NCBI GenBank assembly: GCA_951406725.2
Contig: OX597819.1
Coordinates: forward strand, 73,532,001-73,596,000
DNA: 64,000 nt
Reading direction: 5' to 3'
Source of the DNA: Octopus vulgaris
Taxonomy: Eukaryota
The notes beneath the pieces were generated by a model, which was not told the origin of the DNA, did no database searches, and was given only the letters and a program-made list of their open reading frames with translations. The position numbers and the translations under genes are program-made. Below are positions 35,446 through 48,473 of the stretch, one piece after another. How positions within the stretch are numbered: position 1 is the first letter of the stretch; each line of letters begins with the position of its first letter.

Positions 35446-36470
35446 TAACCTCTTGCATGGGTTGGATGGAATTTATTGAGGCAGATTTTTTTATGGCCAG
35501 ATGTCCTTCCTGTTGCCAACCTTCACCGGCTTCCAACTAAGGTGATAGTTCCTCATTGTCAGGCAAGTTTTTGCAGAATATTGGATGAGAATGACACTGC
35601 CTATATGACAGTGATACTCATTTACAGCTGTCATGTGATGTAAAGACAAGGAAACACACATGCACACACACAAAGTTCCTTTCAAATCCACTCACAAGGC
35701 AAGGCTTTGGTTGGCCTTTGAGCTCAAGGTGTCACATGGAGAGACTGAACCCAAAACCATGTGATTGAGAAGCAAACTTCTTAACCACACAGCCATGCCT
35801 GCACCAATTGTTATTATTAATCAAACTTCAGACAGTGGAATAATAGAAATGGTAGAGGCTGGGACTTTCAATCCATCCCTTTGTTCTTTGATGTTTGGAG
35901 TTCAAATACAGCTTGTGTCATATTTAATTCATTTTATTTCTCCTTTGCCCCCCCCCCCCATTTGTAGCATTGACCTATTGAGAGAAATCATTATTAATTA
36001 AATATATTTATCATAGTTTTGAATTCATATCAGACTGGAATTGGTTTTTACCAGTCCTTTATTTGAAAATGTTAAGACACAAGTTATAAGTGGCATCTGT
36101 TGGTGCAAGCCATGTAAAAAGCACTAATGCTGGTGCCATATAAAATGTGCCAGTGCCACGTAAAAAGCACTGGTGTTGGTGCCACATAAAACACTGATGC
36201 TGGTGCCACATAAAAAGCACTGGTGTTGGTTCCATGTAAAAACACCCAGTACACTCTGTAAAGTGATTGGTGTTAGGAAGGGCATCCAGCTGTTGAAACC
36301 ACACCAATGCAGACAATAGACCTGGTGTGGCCTCTGGCCATACCAGCTCTTTTCAAACTCTTCAGCCCATGCCAGCATGGAAAATGGATGTTAAATGATG
36401 ATGATGGTGATCATAGATCTGGTTTGATTAAAACTATTGAAGCATCCCTTTGCCTTCTTTCTTCTTTCAG

Positions 36471-36567
36471 TCCGTATGAATCTATCACCCCTATTGAGGA
36501 CCAGACAGCTTTGGAGGTCTCCTATGTACTCAGGGAATGGAGTGTATTATGGAAGGAAGCCTTTGTG
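36471..36567 (+). CDS. DOCK3: DOCK3/4-like exon (probable exon 5)
   Basis: Acceptor ctttcttctttcag|, donor |gtgagt; 97 nt, phase 2-0. Encodes PYESITPIEDQTALEVSYVLREWSVLWKEAFV (conserved LREW...WK). Confidence 0.93.
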
Positions 36568-36804
36568 GTGAGTCAAACACAAAATAAATACATGGTCTTA
36601 ATAGGATTTCTATATTCGATTATTATCATATTATATTAATAATATATTTGATGATTGCAGTGTGTTAGTCTTCATGGTATTGGAGTGATGGTGATTGAAC
36701 TGATAGGTGATTGATGTTGTCATACTTCTCATATGATCCATATGACCTAGCTAAACACTTGTCACAAAGTGGACACAAGCACCTCCACCCAGCAAAGCCA
36801 GTAA

Positions 36805-36845
36805 CCAGGGACTAGTTTCAGAGCCATTGCTCATCATCAGTCTGG
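36805..36845 (-). ncRNA. Minimal type I hammerhead-ribozyme-like motif (Penelope type)
   Basis: The minus strand reads ccaga-CUGAUGA-u-gagc-aaug-gcuc-u-GAAA-cua-GUC-ccugg. The core is intact, with a 4-bp stem II, palindromic ACUAGU stem III and 4-bp stem I; there are mismatches next to the core. Confidence 0.55.
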
Positions 36846-37492
36846 AGTAGCACAGGAAATATGCTAAATCCAACTGGAAACGGTGCTTCCTAGGGCTAAA
36901 TAACAGGAGCATTCTTCCCTTTTATGGGACTGTCACATTAAGTTGACAACATACTATCACTTTATCATGCTGCTACTGCATAAATCTCTCTGAGAGATTT
37001 AGAAATATATTATTTCTGTTATTGTAATGTTCTACATTCTATCATTTTATTCATCTCAGTTAAGTTTATGGTTAGAATGAGTGAGTGTATCATATTTTAT
37101 GTATATATATTGCACTTGTTTGCCAAAAAAAATGTAGAATTTGGGTCTATATTAGATGCTCCTGAGCACTAAAAATTTTTTATTGAATATGCGGTGCTGG
37201 AATTGTGGTGCATCTTTTATGCTATCGAATACAGCATGTTGAGGGGACAATAGGAACTGGATGTGCCATGCCATGGTTGATATCATAAGCATTTCCTGTC
37301 CAACTTGTTTTGGTTTGCCCTAAACTTCAGATACTGGCTCGAATTACAGCGAAGGTGTTTCAGTTGGATTTGCTGGATTTTAAGTTCAATTCCTGTGATG
37401 GCTGCTGGCATTTAATTTCCATCTTAACAGATTCATAACAGTGAAGCAATGATAATATTGTATTGGGGTTAAATGTATTACTTCATCTAAAT

Positions 37493-37771
37493 CAGTGGCT
37501 CTCAACCAGGTTCCTCATGGACCTTGGGGTGGGGCAGGGACAGGGCTGGCTAGGTAAGATTTTGCTGTTAAAATTTACGAGCAATAAATTGGTTTTACTT
37601 CTACTTAATTTTAGCAATTTTATATAAAATTCCTTTTAATATTTAATTATAAATGTATAATAGATTCTTTTTTAAACATCCAGTGGCTTTGGGATGGGAG
37701 TGGGGTTCCATCTGAGTAAATAAGGAATCAAAAAGGGTCCGTAAGTAAAAAAAAATGGTTGAGTACCACAG
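37493..37771. mobile_element. hAT-like MITE
   Basis: TIRs cagtggctctcaacc / ggttgagtaccacag; TSD only partly matching (atctaaat / gactagat). Confidence 0.6.
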
Positions 37772-39436
37772 GACTAGATAATGATATATGGTTTGTTTTC
37801 AGTTCAAATTTTATTTAATCTTTATGAATTTATATTTTGCAATTTGTTTACAACATGACACCTCGATTGAAATTAAAAATGGAATCTTTATTTTTCTACA
37901 GCACCCTACCAATGATTTTTTTTTCATTTTTTTTTTTTAATAATCTTTCATGAGATGATAACTATTCTGATGTGATGTTGGTATAATAAACTTGAAACCT
38001 GAAATTGTAGCTGGGTGGGCTTTAAGTACCTCAAGATATTTCTTCACTTTCTTGGATGGTTCAGTTAACTCATTACATCAGCAACCAAACCAAACCAAAC
38101 CTATTTCTTTCTTGCAGTTTGTCCTGGATTATCTCATAAACATTTGGTTTCACATTTAAGACTTCACACTTTTGACAATACATTTCTCCATTCTTCAGTA
38201 TGTTACCACTTTGGTAACATTTGCTTAATGCTGATTTAGTTTCTTACATTCTATAGATGGCAAACAATAAATTTATTGCCTTTCATTATTTTTATTTTTG
38301 GTCATTTTTCTAAATTTTCCTTTTCTGCAACTTGCAGTACAGCACAGGGTTTATTTCTCAACAAACATTGCCAATCAGTTTTTGGTGCCTGATTGGAACA
38401 ATTTCATTTCATTTCAGTTTTCTTAAAAGAACTTTCAGTACCATAACTTCTCTCATCTCTCCTAATATTCTATCTGAGAAGAGCAATCATTATTATTTTT
38501 CTATATTTTATCAAAATTATACAGACATGTCATCATTGTCATCATCATTGTTTTTATTTCTACTTTTGTGGGTCAGATAGAATTTGTTGAGACAAATTTT
38601 CTACAGGTAGAAATACCCTCCCTCTCACCAGCATTCACCTGCTTCCAAACAAGGAACGATTTTGCCATGGCTGGGCATTTTTCACAGAACACTGGAAATG
38701 AATAACATCGCCAATGTGGTGGTGATGTTTATTTACAACCCTCTTGTGATGTAGAGATAAGGACATACATACTTACATACACACATGCATTCACACACTC
38801 ACACACACATGCATTTACACACTCACATACACATACATACACGCACACTACAATGGGCTTTTTTCAGTTTCCGTTTACCAAATCCACTCATAAGGCTTTG
38901 GTTAGCCCAAAGCTATAGTTGAAGACACTTGCCCAAGGTGCCACGCAGTGGGACTGAACCCAGAACCATGAGGTTGGGAAGCAAGCCTCTTAACCACACA
39001 AGCCATGCTTGCACTGTGTTGAATAATATTAATATTAGTACAGTTCTTTTTTAATATTGTTTGTTTCTTTTGCATTTTTTTTCTTCTTTCAATCTATGAT
39101 ATACATGGTTTGATACCACCACCACCACCACCACCACCATTATCATCATCTTCAATCAATCAATAGCTTTATCCTCATTATTGTATATATATTAACAGGA
39201 TTTTGCCCCAGGTTCTTCTGTCATCACATTGATTCTTCTTGCTGAAAAAAAAAGGACCATCAATATTGCAACTAACCAAAAAAAAAAAAAAAGGATTTTG
39301 TATGAAACATCATCTCTTTAGATATCAGATATCAGATGTGAGCAAGTGATCAGTATTGACCCCCTGGGAATAGGGGCTATGTGGCTATTCAAGGGGTCAA
39401 AAAACATTAAAAAATGTGGTGTAAGAAGCTTCTCTG

Positions 39437-39676
39437 ACCCTTTATCTAGATACTGTGTTGTTTGATGTTTCACAGCCATATTTGGCCCAAATGTTCTACC
39501 AGTTTTATTTTCAAACAAGCCAGATCCAACCTCTCACACCTGCCCTACAATGTCATTCTAAAATAAATAATCACATCATTGAAATCTCTTTGCTACAAAA
39601 TAATGCTTGATTAATTCAAAACAATATGTATATATGCTTTACATTTAACACAGTAATTTGAATGCTAAAGGGTTCA
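39437..39676. mobile_element. Second piggyBac-like MITE family (related copies at ~19504-19680 and ~57356-57576)
   Basis: Shared body gccagatc...ctctcacacct...caatgtcattctaaaat...cacatcattgaaat...; termini of the type ttaaccct.tagc / gaatgctaaagggtt. Confidence 0.55.
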
Positions 39677-40494
39677 TTTATTTAAAACTGCTTCCAAGGA
39701 AGTTTGAAATTATCTTTCCTATGTCTTGGATTGCTAAACGATGTGCCATTAATTACACCTGAATCTTATTAATTACTAGTAGCTTCTCCATTACTAAAGA
39801 TCTTTATTTCTATTGTAAAGAAGTCATTGTAAACAGGATCCCTTGCATTGATGCTTTGTCTGAAGCCATTATTGTATCAGAAATGAACACAAAATATACC
39901 ATCCATGTACTGAATAGATACAGCATTGATGTGGTTTGGAAATGAGTCGAAAGGACTTTGGAAAACCTGACTGATTTTTAGCTGAACTGAATGAGTAATC
40001 AAATAATTAGTTAATTGGGTTAGATGTTAAGTGACAAATAAGTAACAAAGAAGTGAAATAGAACCAATGTGTGTGTTGGCACAATGACCCTCCCAAGATA
40101 GAATAAAATATGTTTCAATACAGGACTTCATGCCAAGAATCTTGGAAACTGAATACGAAAACAAATTATTTAATTAAATTTCTGTAATGGGATGGGGCTG
40201 GGAGAATATGATAAACTTCTCCACACGCCCTCTGTTGCAAGTAGAGTAATGTTTTATTTCTAAAAGCATGGTCATTTATAGACTTCCATACTGGCTGAAG
40301 CTCATTTCTAGTTTCCAATTTATTATGCTGTGGGGAAATACAACTTCTAAATAAAATTAAAACTATTTCAGATGTTTTTTGTTTCTGTATGAAATTAAAA
40401 CATGGCAAATCTGTAACAAATTTGTTAATTTTACTCTTATTCTTTTGCTTATGGTTGTTACCACCTCATGGTGCCTATTTTTAGTAGCTATAGG

Positions 40495-40866
40495 TACATG
40501 CGTGGCTGTGTGGTAAGAAGTTTGCTTCCCAGCCTCATGGTTCTGGGTTCAGTCCCACTGCATAGCACCTTGGGCAAGTGTCTTCTACAATAGCCTTAGA
40601 CTGACCAAAGCCTTGTGAGTGGATTTGGTAGTGGGAAACTGAAAGAAGCCCATTATATATATATATGCGTGTCTATGTTTGTCTATGTGTCTATGTTTGT
40701 CCCTTACCACTGCTGCCTCACAACTAGTGTTGGTGTGTTTACATCCCTGTAACTTAGCAGTTTGGCAAAAGAGACCAATAGAATAAGTATCAGGCTTAGT
40801 TTGTTCAACTAAAGTTCTTCAGAGCAGTGCCCCAGCATGGCCATAGTCCAGTGACTAAAACAAAAG
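40495..40866 (+). mobile_element. Family-A SINE
   Basis: Same head, body and tail as 62983-63357. Confidence 0.82.
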
Positions 40867-41677
40867 ACAATATTGAGCCAGCCGAGAGTAATGATGTTGG
40901 CCTTAGAAACAGTACAGTGCTGGTCACTGTATATAAATAGCTGATCTCTCAGCCAGTTGTCCAGTAACCTATAGATTTTTACCATTTTTGCACTCTAACA
41001 GATCATAGTGAATTTCTGATTTAGCAGGAAAAGAAGTGGGTGGGAGGTGGCGAAAGCAGTATTGATGGGTATCAGAATGCTGTGCTGAAATGGTTGAAGT
41101 ATTTTAATGTTCTGGGAATGTCTGCCCCAAACAAGTATTCCGTAATGAAAGCCAAGCAGCTCTTTACGATGTGTCAGCAGCACCAGCAGCAGTACTGGAA
41201 TAAGTATTCTGATTCGCAGTCTGGTGGAATAGAGAAAGGGAAGCGTTTTAACAGTGGCTGAACATTAAACATTCATCAGATTGTAGACAGCTATCAGGTG
41301 AGATCTCTTCATATTGATTGACATTAAATGCCGGCTGTCAAGCAAATAATTGACCTTTTATTCATGTCTACAATGGTTATTTGCCTCTTGGAAATGCTTC
41401 TCCAGCTGTTAGTGCAACTTGTTAATGTTTCAATGATTACATCGGAATAATGGTTGGCTCTCATAGAACCAACTGAAGATTTGGAAGTATTCGAGTGAAA
41501 ATAAAAAAAATCAAAAAAAAATCCTAGGGATGAGGGCGGGGGGGAGGGAAATTGACACCATTACGTTTGTTTAGAGAAACGAATGTTTGCTTTGATGATA
41601 TGAAGACTAAACAACAATAATAATGATAATAATATTAATAATAATAATAACAATAATAATGATAATACTAATAATAC

Positions 41678-41820
41678 TATTGCTTGGGACTGCAAGAATT
41701 CTTTGCTGCAGGCTTCTTGAAGCATGACCAGTGAACAAGTGTCACCTTAGTCTGCTAGTTGTGCACAGCTGACATGTTCCATCATACTCAGTAAAATAAG
41801 CTGTGAGATTTCATATAATA
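41678..41820 (+). mobile_element. R4/Dong-like (RLE-type) LINE extreme 3' end within (TAA)n
   Basis: ttgcttgggactgcaagaattctt encodes LLGTARIL, a C-terminal motif of R4/Dong-type ORFs. It is flanked by TAA repeats, the known Dong target. Confidence 0.6.
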
Positions 41821-41875
41821 TTACTACTACTTCTACTACTACTACTACTACTACTACTAATAATAATAATGATAA

Positions 41876-42660
41876 TCCTGTCTTCTATAAGCTTAAGGCC
41901 TGAAATTTTGGGGAGGGGGGCTAGTCAATTTTATTGACACCAGTGTTCAACTGGTACTTATTTCATTGACCCCCAAATGGATAAAAAGTAAAGTCGACCA
42001 CGGCGGTATTTGAACTCTGAATGTAAAGATGGACAAAATGCTTGGTAGCTTGGCAGCATTTTGTCCGGTGTGCTAACAATTCTGCCAGCTTGCTGCCTTA
42101 ATACTTGTAATAATGGCTTCAAATTTTGGCACAATACCAAGAATTTCAAGGGCATGAGCAAGTCTATACATGAACCCCCATCACTCAGCTGGTACTTATT
42201 TTATTGACCCCAAAAGGATGAAAGGCAAAGTCAGCCTCAGCAGAATTTGAACTCAGAATGGGGAAATGGATGAAGTGCTGCTAAGATTTTGCCGGTGTGT
42301 AACAATTCTGCCAGCTCACCAACTTAATAATAATAATAATAATAATCCTTTCTACAATAGGCACAAGGCCTGGGATTTGTGGGGAGGGGGATAGTCGATC
42401 ACATTGACCCCAGTGCTTCACTGGTACTTAATCTATCGACCTCTGAAAGGATGAAAGGCAAAGTTGACCCTGGTGACATTTGAACACAAAACCTAAAACC
42501 AAAAGGGAAAATGCTAAGTATTTTGTCCAGCACAGTAAAGATTGTGCCAGCTTACTGCCATGATGATGATAATTTTCAAATTTTGGCACAAAGCTAGGAA
42601 TTTCAGGGTGAAGACAGGACTAATCAATTATACCGTTCCCAGTACTTGATTGGTACTCAG
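41876..42660 (-). mobile_element. Head-to-tail cluster of four family-B SINEs; similar pairs at 16610-17060 and 44390-44800
   Basis: Repeated caaggcc...gaaaggcaaagt...gaatttgaactcagaa...ttctgccagct units separated by short (aat)/(gat) runs; the last copy is partial. Confidence 0.8.
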
Positions 42661-42677
42661 TAGTAATGATAATAGTA

Positions 42678-42715
<38 letters not shown>

Positions 42716-43205
42716 CATCATCATCGTTTAACGTCCGTTCTCCATGCTAGCATGGGTTGGATGGTTCGACCGGGGATCTGGGAAGCCAGAAAGCTGCACC
42801 AGGCTCCAGTCTTATCTGGCAATGTTTCTACAGCTGGATGCCCTTCCTAACGCCAACCACTCCGTGAGTGTAGTGGGTGCTTTTTACCACTGGGACATAA
42901 ATAAATGAAGGGAACATCACAAAGACTGGCAGACAATTTCTGTGGGGATTTGCATAAAGGATGAGGAGAAATAAATAGAAAAAGACATTGAAATGCGATT
43001 AAAGTATACAAAGTGTGTGATAACTTGATTGATGCAGTCCTCCTGATGCAAAAGAAACTCCAACTAGGGCCAATCAAGGAACCACACAGATCCAGCATTA
43101 TCCTGACCAACCAAGATATGTGCCCTTACTCCTGCTCTCCAGTCTACAGGTGCATACTTGGAGCAGGGTCATTCACTCTAACCATTACTAGTGATAGTAG
43201 TAGTA

Positions 43206-43237
<32 letters not shown>

Positions 43238-43881
43238 TTTGGCACAAGGCCAGAATTTTGAGGTAAAGGTCTTAGTTGATTACACCTACCTTGTTATTTG
43301 AGTTGTATTTTATTGACCCTGAAGGGACAAAGGGCAAAGCTAGATACATATATTACTATTTACTAGTTTCAGTCATTGGACTGTATCCATGCTGGGGCAC
43401 AACTATTTATAGAATTTTTTTACATGAAGAGGTCTAAACATAGAAATGCTGTGAGATACAAATATAAAAAGCAAAGCCATTTCATGCTTGGATTTTTATA
43501 TTAAACTAACAACTCACTAACACTTGCTATGTCGTAACAGTTGTCATAACTGTATAAAAAAAAAGGTACTGAATTATAAACTGCCCTAATGTTTTATCTA
43601 CAGATGAATATTTATAGTTGTAATACACAACTGCATGTACCTAAAAGAAGGAAAAGCATTTTTTATGTATCTGATTCGCGCTTATTCCAGGTAAGTTGGC
43701 TTCTCCTTCAGATGCACTTCTCCTGCTACTACTACTCCCTCATAACAAGCAACAATAGTTTTTTTGTTTTGTTTTATATGCATTTTCAGATCTATGCTAA
43801 TCTCTGTTAAATACTTTCAAATTTATATGAATAATGTAAATATTTATATAATTAAAAAATGTTTTTTTTAAATTATTTTTT

Positions 43882-43968
43882 TTAATCAGTAAAAGTTAGA
43901 AAATGACTCCAGTATCGAGTTTTGTGCACAAAACTCTCGGCCCTTGAGTCATTTTGTAACTTCTGCTG

Positions 43969-43972
<4 letters not shown>
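43882..43972. repeat. ~90-bp imperfect palindrome
   Basis: taatcagtaaaagttagaaaatgactc...gagttttgtgcacaaaactc...gagtcattttgtaacttctgctgatta. Confidence 0.85.
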
Positions 43973-44005
<33 letters not shown>

Positions 44006-47000
44006 GATTCATGTTTTGAGTTATTTTCCTGTTTGTATTAATAAACCTGTAATAAAATGTAAAAATTCATAGCTATTTATTATAAATATTTATGTAATGA
44101 AATATAAAAAATATGAATATTTTTCATATTTATGATTAATTTCTGCTAAAACTTTCTATTCTGATGTCGGAATTGATCTATGCTTTTCAAAGTTCTATTT
44201 CACTTATTTCTTTTTTCTATCAAATAATTAATGCTTTACTAACAAAGCAAGCTAATTCAATAATTCAGTACAATAATTAGGGCTTTACCAGTTACAGGAA
44301 TTATCAGCTTAACTCCTCACGCTGGATCAGGGATTTTCCCAAAAGTTAATCACAGGATTGAAGGACTTCAGTTATTGGTTCCAAGCATTGACACAAGGCC
44401 AGCAATTTCAGGGAAAGGGTTAAGTTGATTGCATTGGCTCCAGTATGCAACTGGTATTTATTTTATTGACCTGGAAAGAATGAAAGGCAAAGTTGACCTT
44501 GTTGGAATTTGAACTCAGAATGTAAAGATGAATGAAATGCCGCTCTGCATTTTGTCTGGTATGCTAACGATTCTGCCATTAATAATAATGGTTTCAAATT
44601 CTGGCACAAAGCCAACAATTTTTGGGGAGGGGTAAGTCAATTACATTGACCTCCCCAATACGCAATTGGTACTTACTTTATTGACCCCAAAAGTATGAAA
44701 GGCAAAGTCAGCCTCAGCTGAATGTGAGCTCATAACATAAGGACAGACAAAATACAGTGAAGCATTTTGCCTGGCATGCTAACGATTCTGCCAGCTTGTT
44801 AATGAATAGACACTGTGACTGTGTCTGATGGCTAGACAAAAAAAGCACCTGGTTCTGTTTCAGATCTTGAAGAGTGAATAATATTGGTAACAGTTACTTT
44901 ACCATTGATGCTGGTATGTGACTTTAGGGATCTGTATCCCTATAAATCTCCTAAAAATTTAAGAGGCTGTCTTGATCATTTCAGGGTTGAGGTTGTTATC
45001 AGATGGATATGCTTGGCTGATTTTTGGTTGCCTGGACCTTCTGAGAGAGAATTGCTGGTCAAAGAATCTATTGCATTAACACAAGATCAAGAATTGTGAT
45101 AATATGGGCAATATAAATCCCTTGGGTTCACCTTGCAGGTGGCCACTCCTTGAAAATAATAAACTAAACTTTTGAAGGTAATAAACTTTGCTGATGGAGT
45201 TGAAGAAGAGGAACCATGCTTGCTCCTTTTGCATTGCTCATAAACCAGCCATTTGCAAAGGATGGAAATTAGATAACTTCTTGGTTCTTCATTGAATGAT
45301 ACCATTCTATGGTGTCTTTGTAATCATCGCTATTTAATGTTTGTTTTCCATGCTGGCATGGTTTGAGTGATTTGACAGGAACTGGCAAGGTCAGGAGCTG
45401 CACCAGGTTCCATTGTCTGTTTTAGCAGGGTCTCTACAGCTGGATGCCATTCCTAATGCCAACCACTTTACAGAGTGTAGTGGATGCTTTTTACATGGCA
45501 CCAGCACTGCTGCTTTTTATGTATTAACAATATCAACTACAACCACGGGCAGTGAGACAACCAGGAATTCACCCTTTGCATGCCTAATCACGGCATCTTT
45601 TGTTACTCGTATTGAACAGTATGTAGAGTTATTTATGCTGCTAATGATGATGATGATGTGAGGATCATGGTTTGTATATTTGTCTGCAATTACCAGCAAA
45701 TGGTGATGTTTCAGCTCTGCCTTTATGTTCATATTACATATCACCCAACAGATATTTCATATGTAACCAAGATTGGCTGATCACAGCTGGCATCATCTGC
45801 TTATTGCTGCTGTTGCTGCTGCTGCTAATTCTAGTACCCCCATCAATCCATTTCACTACAACATCGCCATTAACCCTTGCTTTTACTGTCAGTGCTTCAA
45901 CACCCATTCCAACCCTTCTGCTTACTATACCAACACCACCACCTCCAACCTGACCACCACCTTCGCCGTCACCACCACCACCATCATCACCACCACCGTC
46001 ACCACCACCACCAGCAACAACAACAACACCATTGTCACAATTCTATTCTCCCATGGTTGCTTTATCCATGAATGTATTGTAATATCCTCCATGTACAGTA
46101 TGACTCTTTAATAAACTCTCTCCCTTAGACAAAAAGGAGAAAAAGAAATAAACCCTCCATGAAATTTCCCACCTTCAAAATGTCTGCCCTAAAAAAAATC
46201 AAAATCATTTCGTCAGATTTTAGACATCATCTCTTGGATTAGCTTTACTGACCATTTCCTTTGGTGCTTAAAGCAAAACCAAATGGTAAATTGTGAGAGT
46301 ACTAAACCCTGTCTTTCCCATTTATAAAGCATCAATATCATTTATCCTTTATTTGTTTCAGTAAGTAGACTGTGGCCATGCTGGGGCAATGCCTTGAAGA
46401 AGTTTTGTTTTTGTTTTTAGTCAAATCAACCTCAGTACTTTTTTTTAAAGTCTAACACTCATTAAGTTGGTCTCCTTTTTGATCAAACCGCTAAGTTACA
46501 GCAACACTGATTGTCAAGTGATGATGGGAGAAAAGAAAATGAGAGAGAGAGATGTATGTATATACAATGAGCTTCTTTCAGTGTCTGTGTGCCAGACCTA
46601 CTCACAAGGCTTTGGATGGCCTGAAGCTATAGTAGAAAACACTTGCCCAAGGTGCCATGCTGTGTGGTTGAACCCAGAACCATGTGATTGGGAAGCAAAC
46701 TTCTTACCACACAGCCATGCCTGTCCCTATATATCTCAAACAATTACTTCCATTCACACCTGGGCTCTATTATTACTTAGCAAATTATTGCATCTTCTTT
46801 TCTGTCAAGCTCCATCACAAAGTTAATGCTGCACCAATAGCTTTATATTTTAACTAGAAATGCTGTATTGTATTTTTGTGCCTGAAATCTGTCATAAAAT
46901 ATCTCAGTGTGAAGATCCTGGGTTGGTTAGTTACTGGTCACTTATGGAATCATCATCGTCTTCGTTTAACGTCTACTTTCCATGCTGAACGGTTTGACTG

Positions 47001-48442
47001 AGGACTGGCAAGCCAGGAGGCTGTACCAGGCTCCAATCTAATCTTGAAAGTTTTTTCAGCTGGATGCCCTTCCTAACACCAACCACTTCAAGAATGTAGT
47101 GGGTGTTTTTACATGCCACTGGTATGGGGGCCAGTCAGGCAGCATTGACCATGCTCGAATGGAGTTTTTTACGTGCCACCGGCATGGGTGCCAGTCAGGA
47201 ATGTAGATGCTAAAAGGCAACCAGTACTCTCTGTAAAGCAGTTGGTGTTAGGAAGGGCATCCAGCTGTAGAAACCATGCCAAATCAGACTACAGAACCTG
47301 GTGCAGCTCAATGGCTTGCCAGCCCCTGTCAAACTGTCCAACCCATGCCAACATGGAAGACAAATATCGAATGATTATAATGATAATGGAGTAGAATGGC
47401 TGGGTCAGAAGGTTCAGCTATTCTTCTGACATCTTTAATGTTACAGTTTGAGGAAATCAGGAAAATAAGCCGAGGAGGTTATAGGTACGTTAAACATAAG
47501 CATGCTTTACTTGGTGTCAATTTTATAAATCCTTAGATATTTTTTTTCTAGGCATAAGGCCCAAAATTTTTGGGGAGGGGACCAGTCAATTAGATCAAAC
47601 CAGTATGCAACTGGTACTTAATTTATTGACCCTGAAAGGATGAAAGGCAAAGTTGACCTTGGCGGAATTTGAACTCAGAACGTAAAGACAGACGAAATAC
47701 TGCTAAGCATTTCACTCAGCGTGCTAACGTTTCTGCCAGCTTGCCACCTTGAAATCTTTAGATATTGTGAACAAAAGTTGTCAACTATCTTCATGCCAAT
47801 AATTCTTCTGGTACAAACTAAAAATCACTTCACAAATTAATATTTTGCAACCATTTCTTTCTCTTTTCTCATGCATCTTTCCTCTCCTCCCTGCCTCTCT
47901 CCCCCATCTCTCTCTCTCTCTCATCTCTGTATTTGTTAGATATCTTCATCTGAAAATCAGTGCTTTGAAAATGAAGAACGGCATACTATCCAGCATTCAG
48001 AGAGAATTAACATAATAAAATGTAAAGTTTTGCATAAAATGGTGGTGGTAGTGGTGGTGATGGCGACGGTGTTGCTTCCACATCTACCCAATGGCTCATT
48101 GATGATAATGCATTCATCAATAAGCTGATTGCTTTTTCCATGCTCCCAGTATTTTAGTAGTTCGGCAACTTTGCTTGAAAATGCTGCTGCTGCTGTTGCT
48201 GTTGCTGCTGCTGCTGCTGCTGCTTTCCTTGTCTTAATTTCTTTAATTGACTTTGTCCCTCTCTCTCTCTGTCTGTTTGTCTGTCTCTCTTCCTGTCTCA
48301 TATGGATTGATAGGGAGGGAGGTAGAGAGAGAAGGAGAGATAGGGGGAGAGGTGGAAGAGAAACTGTTACGTATGTTTTGTGAGAATGTCACATCAATTT
48401 GTATATTGGTGTATGTCTGTGTGTTTCAGATATGGATAACGA

Positions 48443-48473
<31 letters not shown>

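Noticed and set aside
41876-42660. Family-B SINE mobilised by the adjacent Dong-like LINE
   Set aside because: I see no shared 3' sequence, and the SINE's sense tail is (ATT)n, whereas the Dong-like end lies in sense (TAA)n.
45672-46111. Thr/His/Gln-rich ORFs resembling mucin or transcription-factor tracts
   Set aside because: Degenerate (CAC)/(CAA)/(GCT) repeats with no domain and no convincing splice sites.
47957-48383. Poly-Ala ORFs on both strands
   Set aside because: (GCT)n and CT/GA repeats; no recognisable protein similarity.
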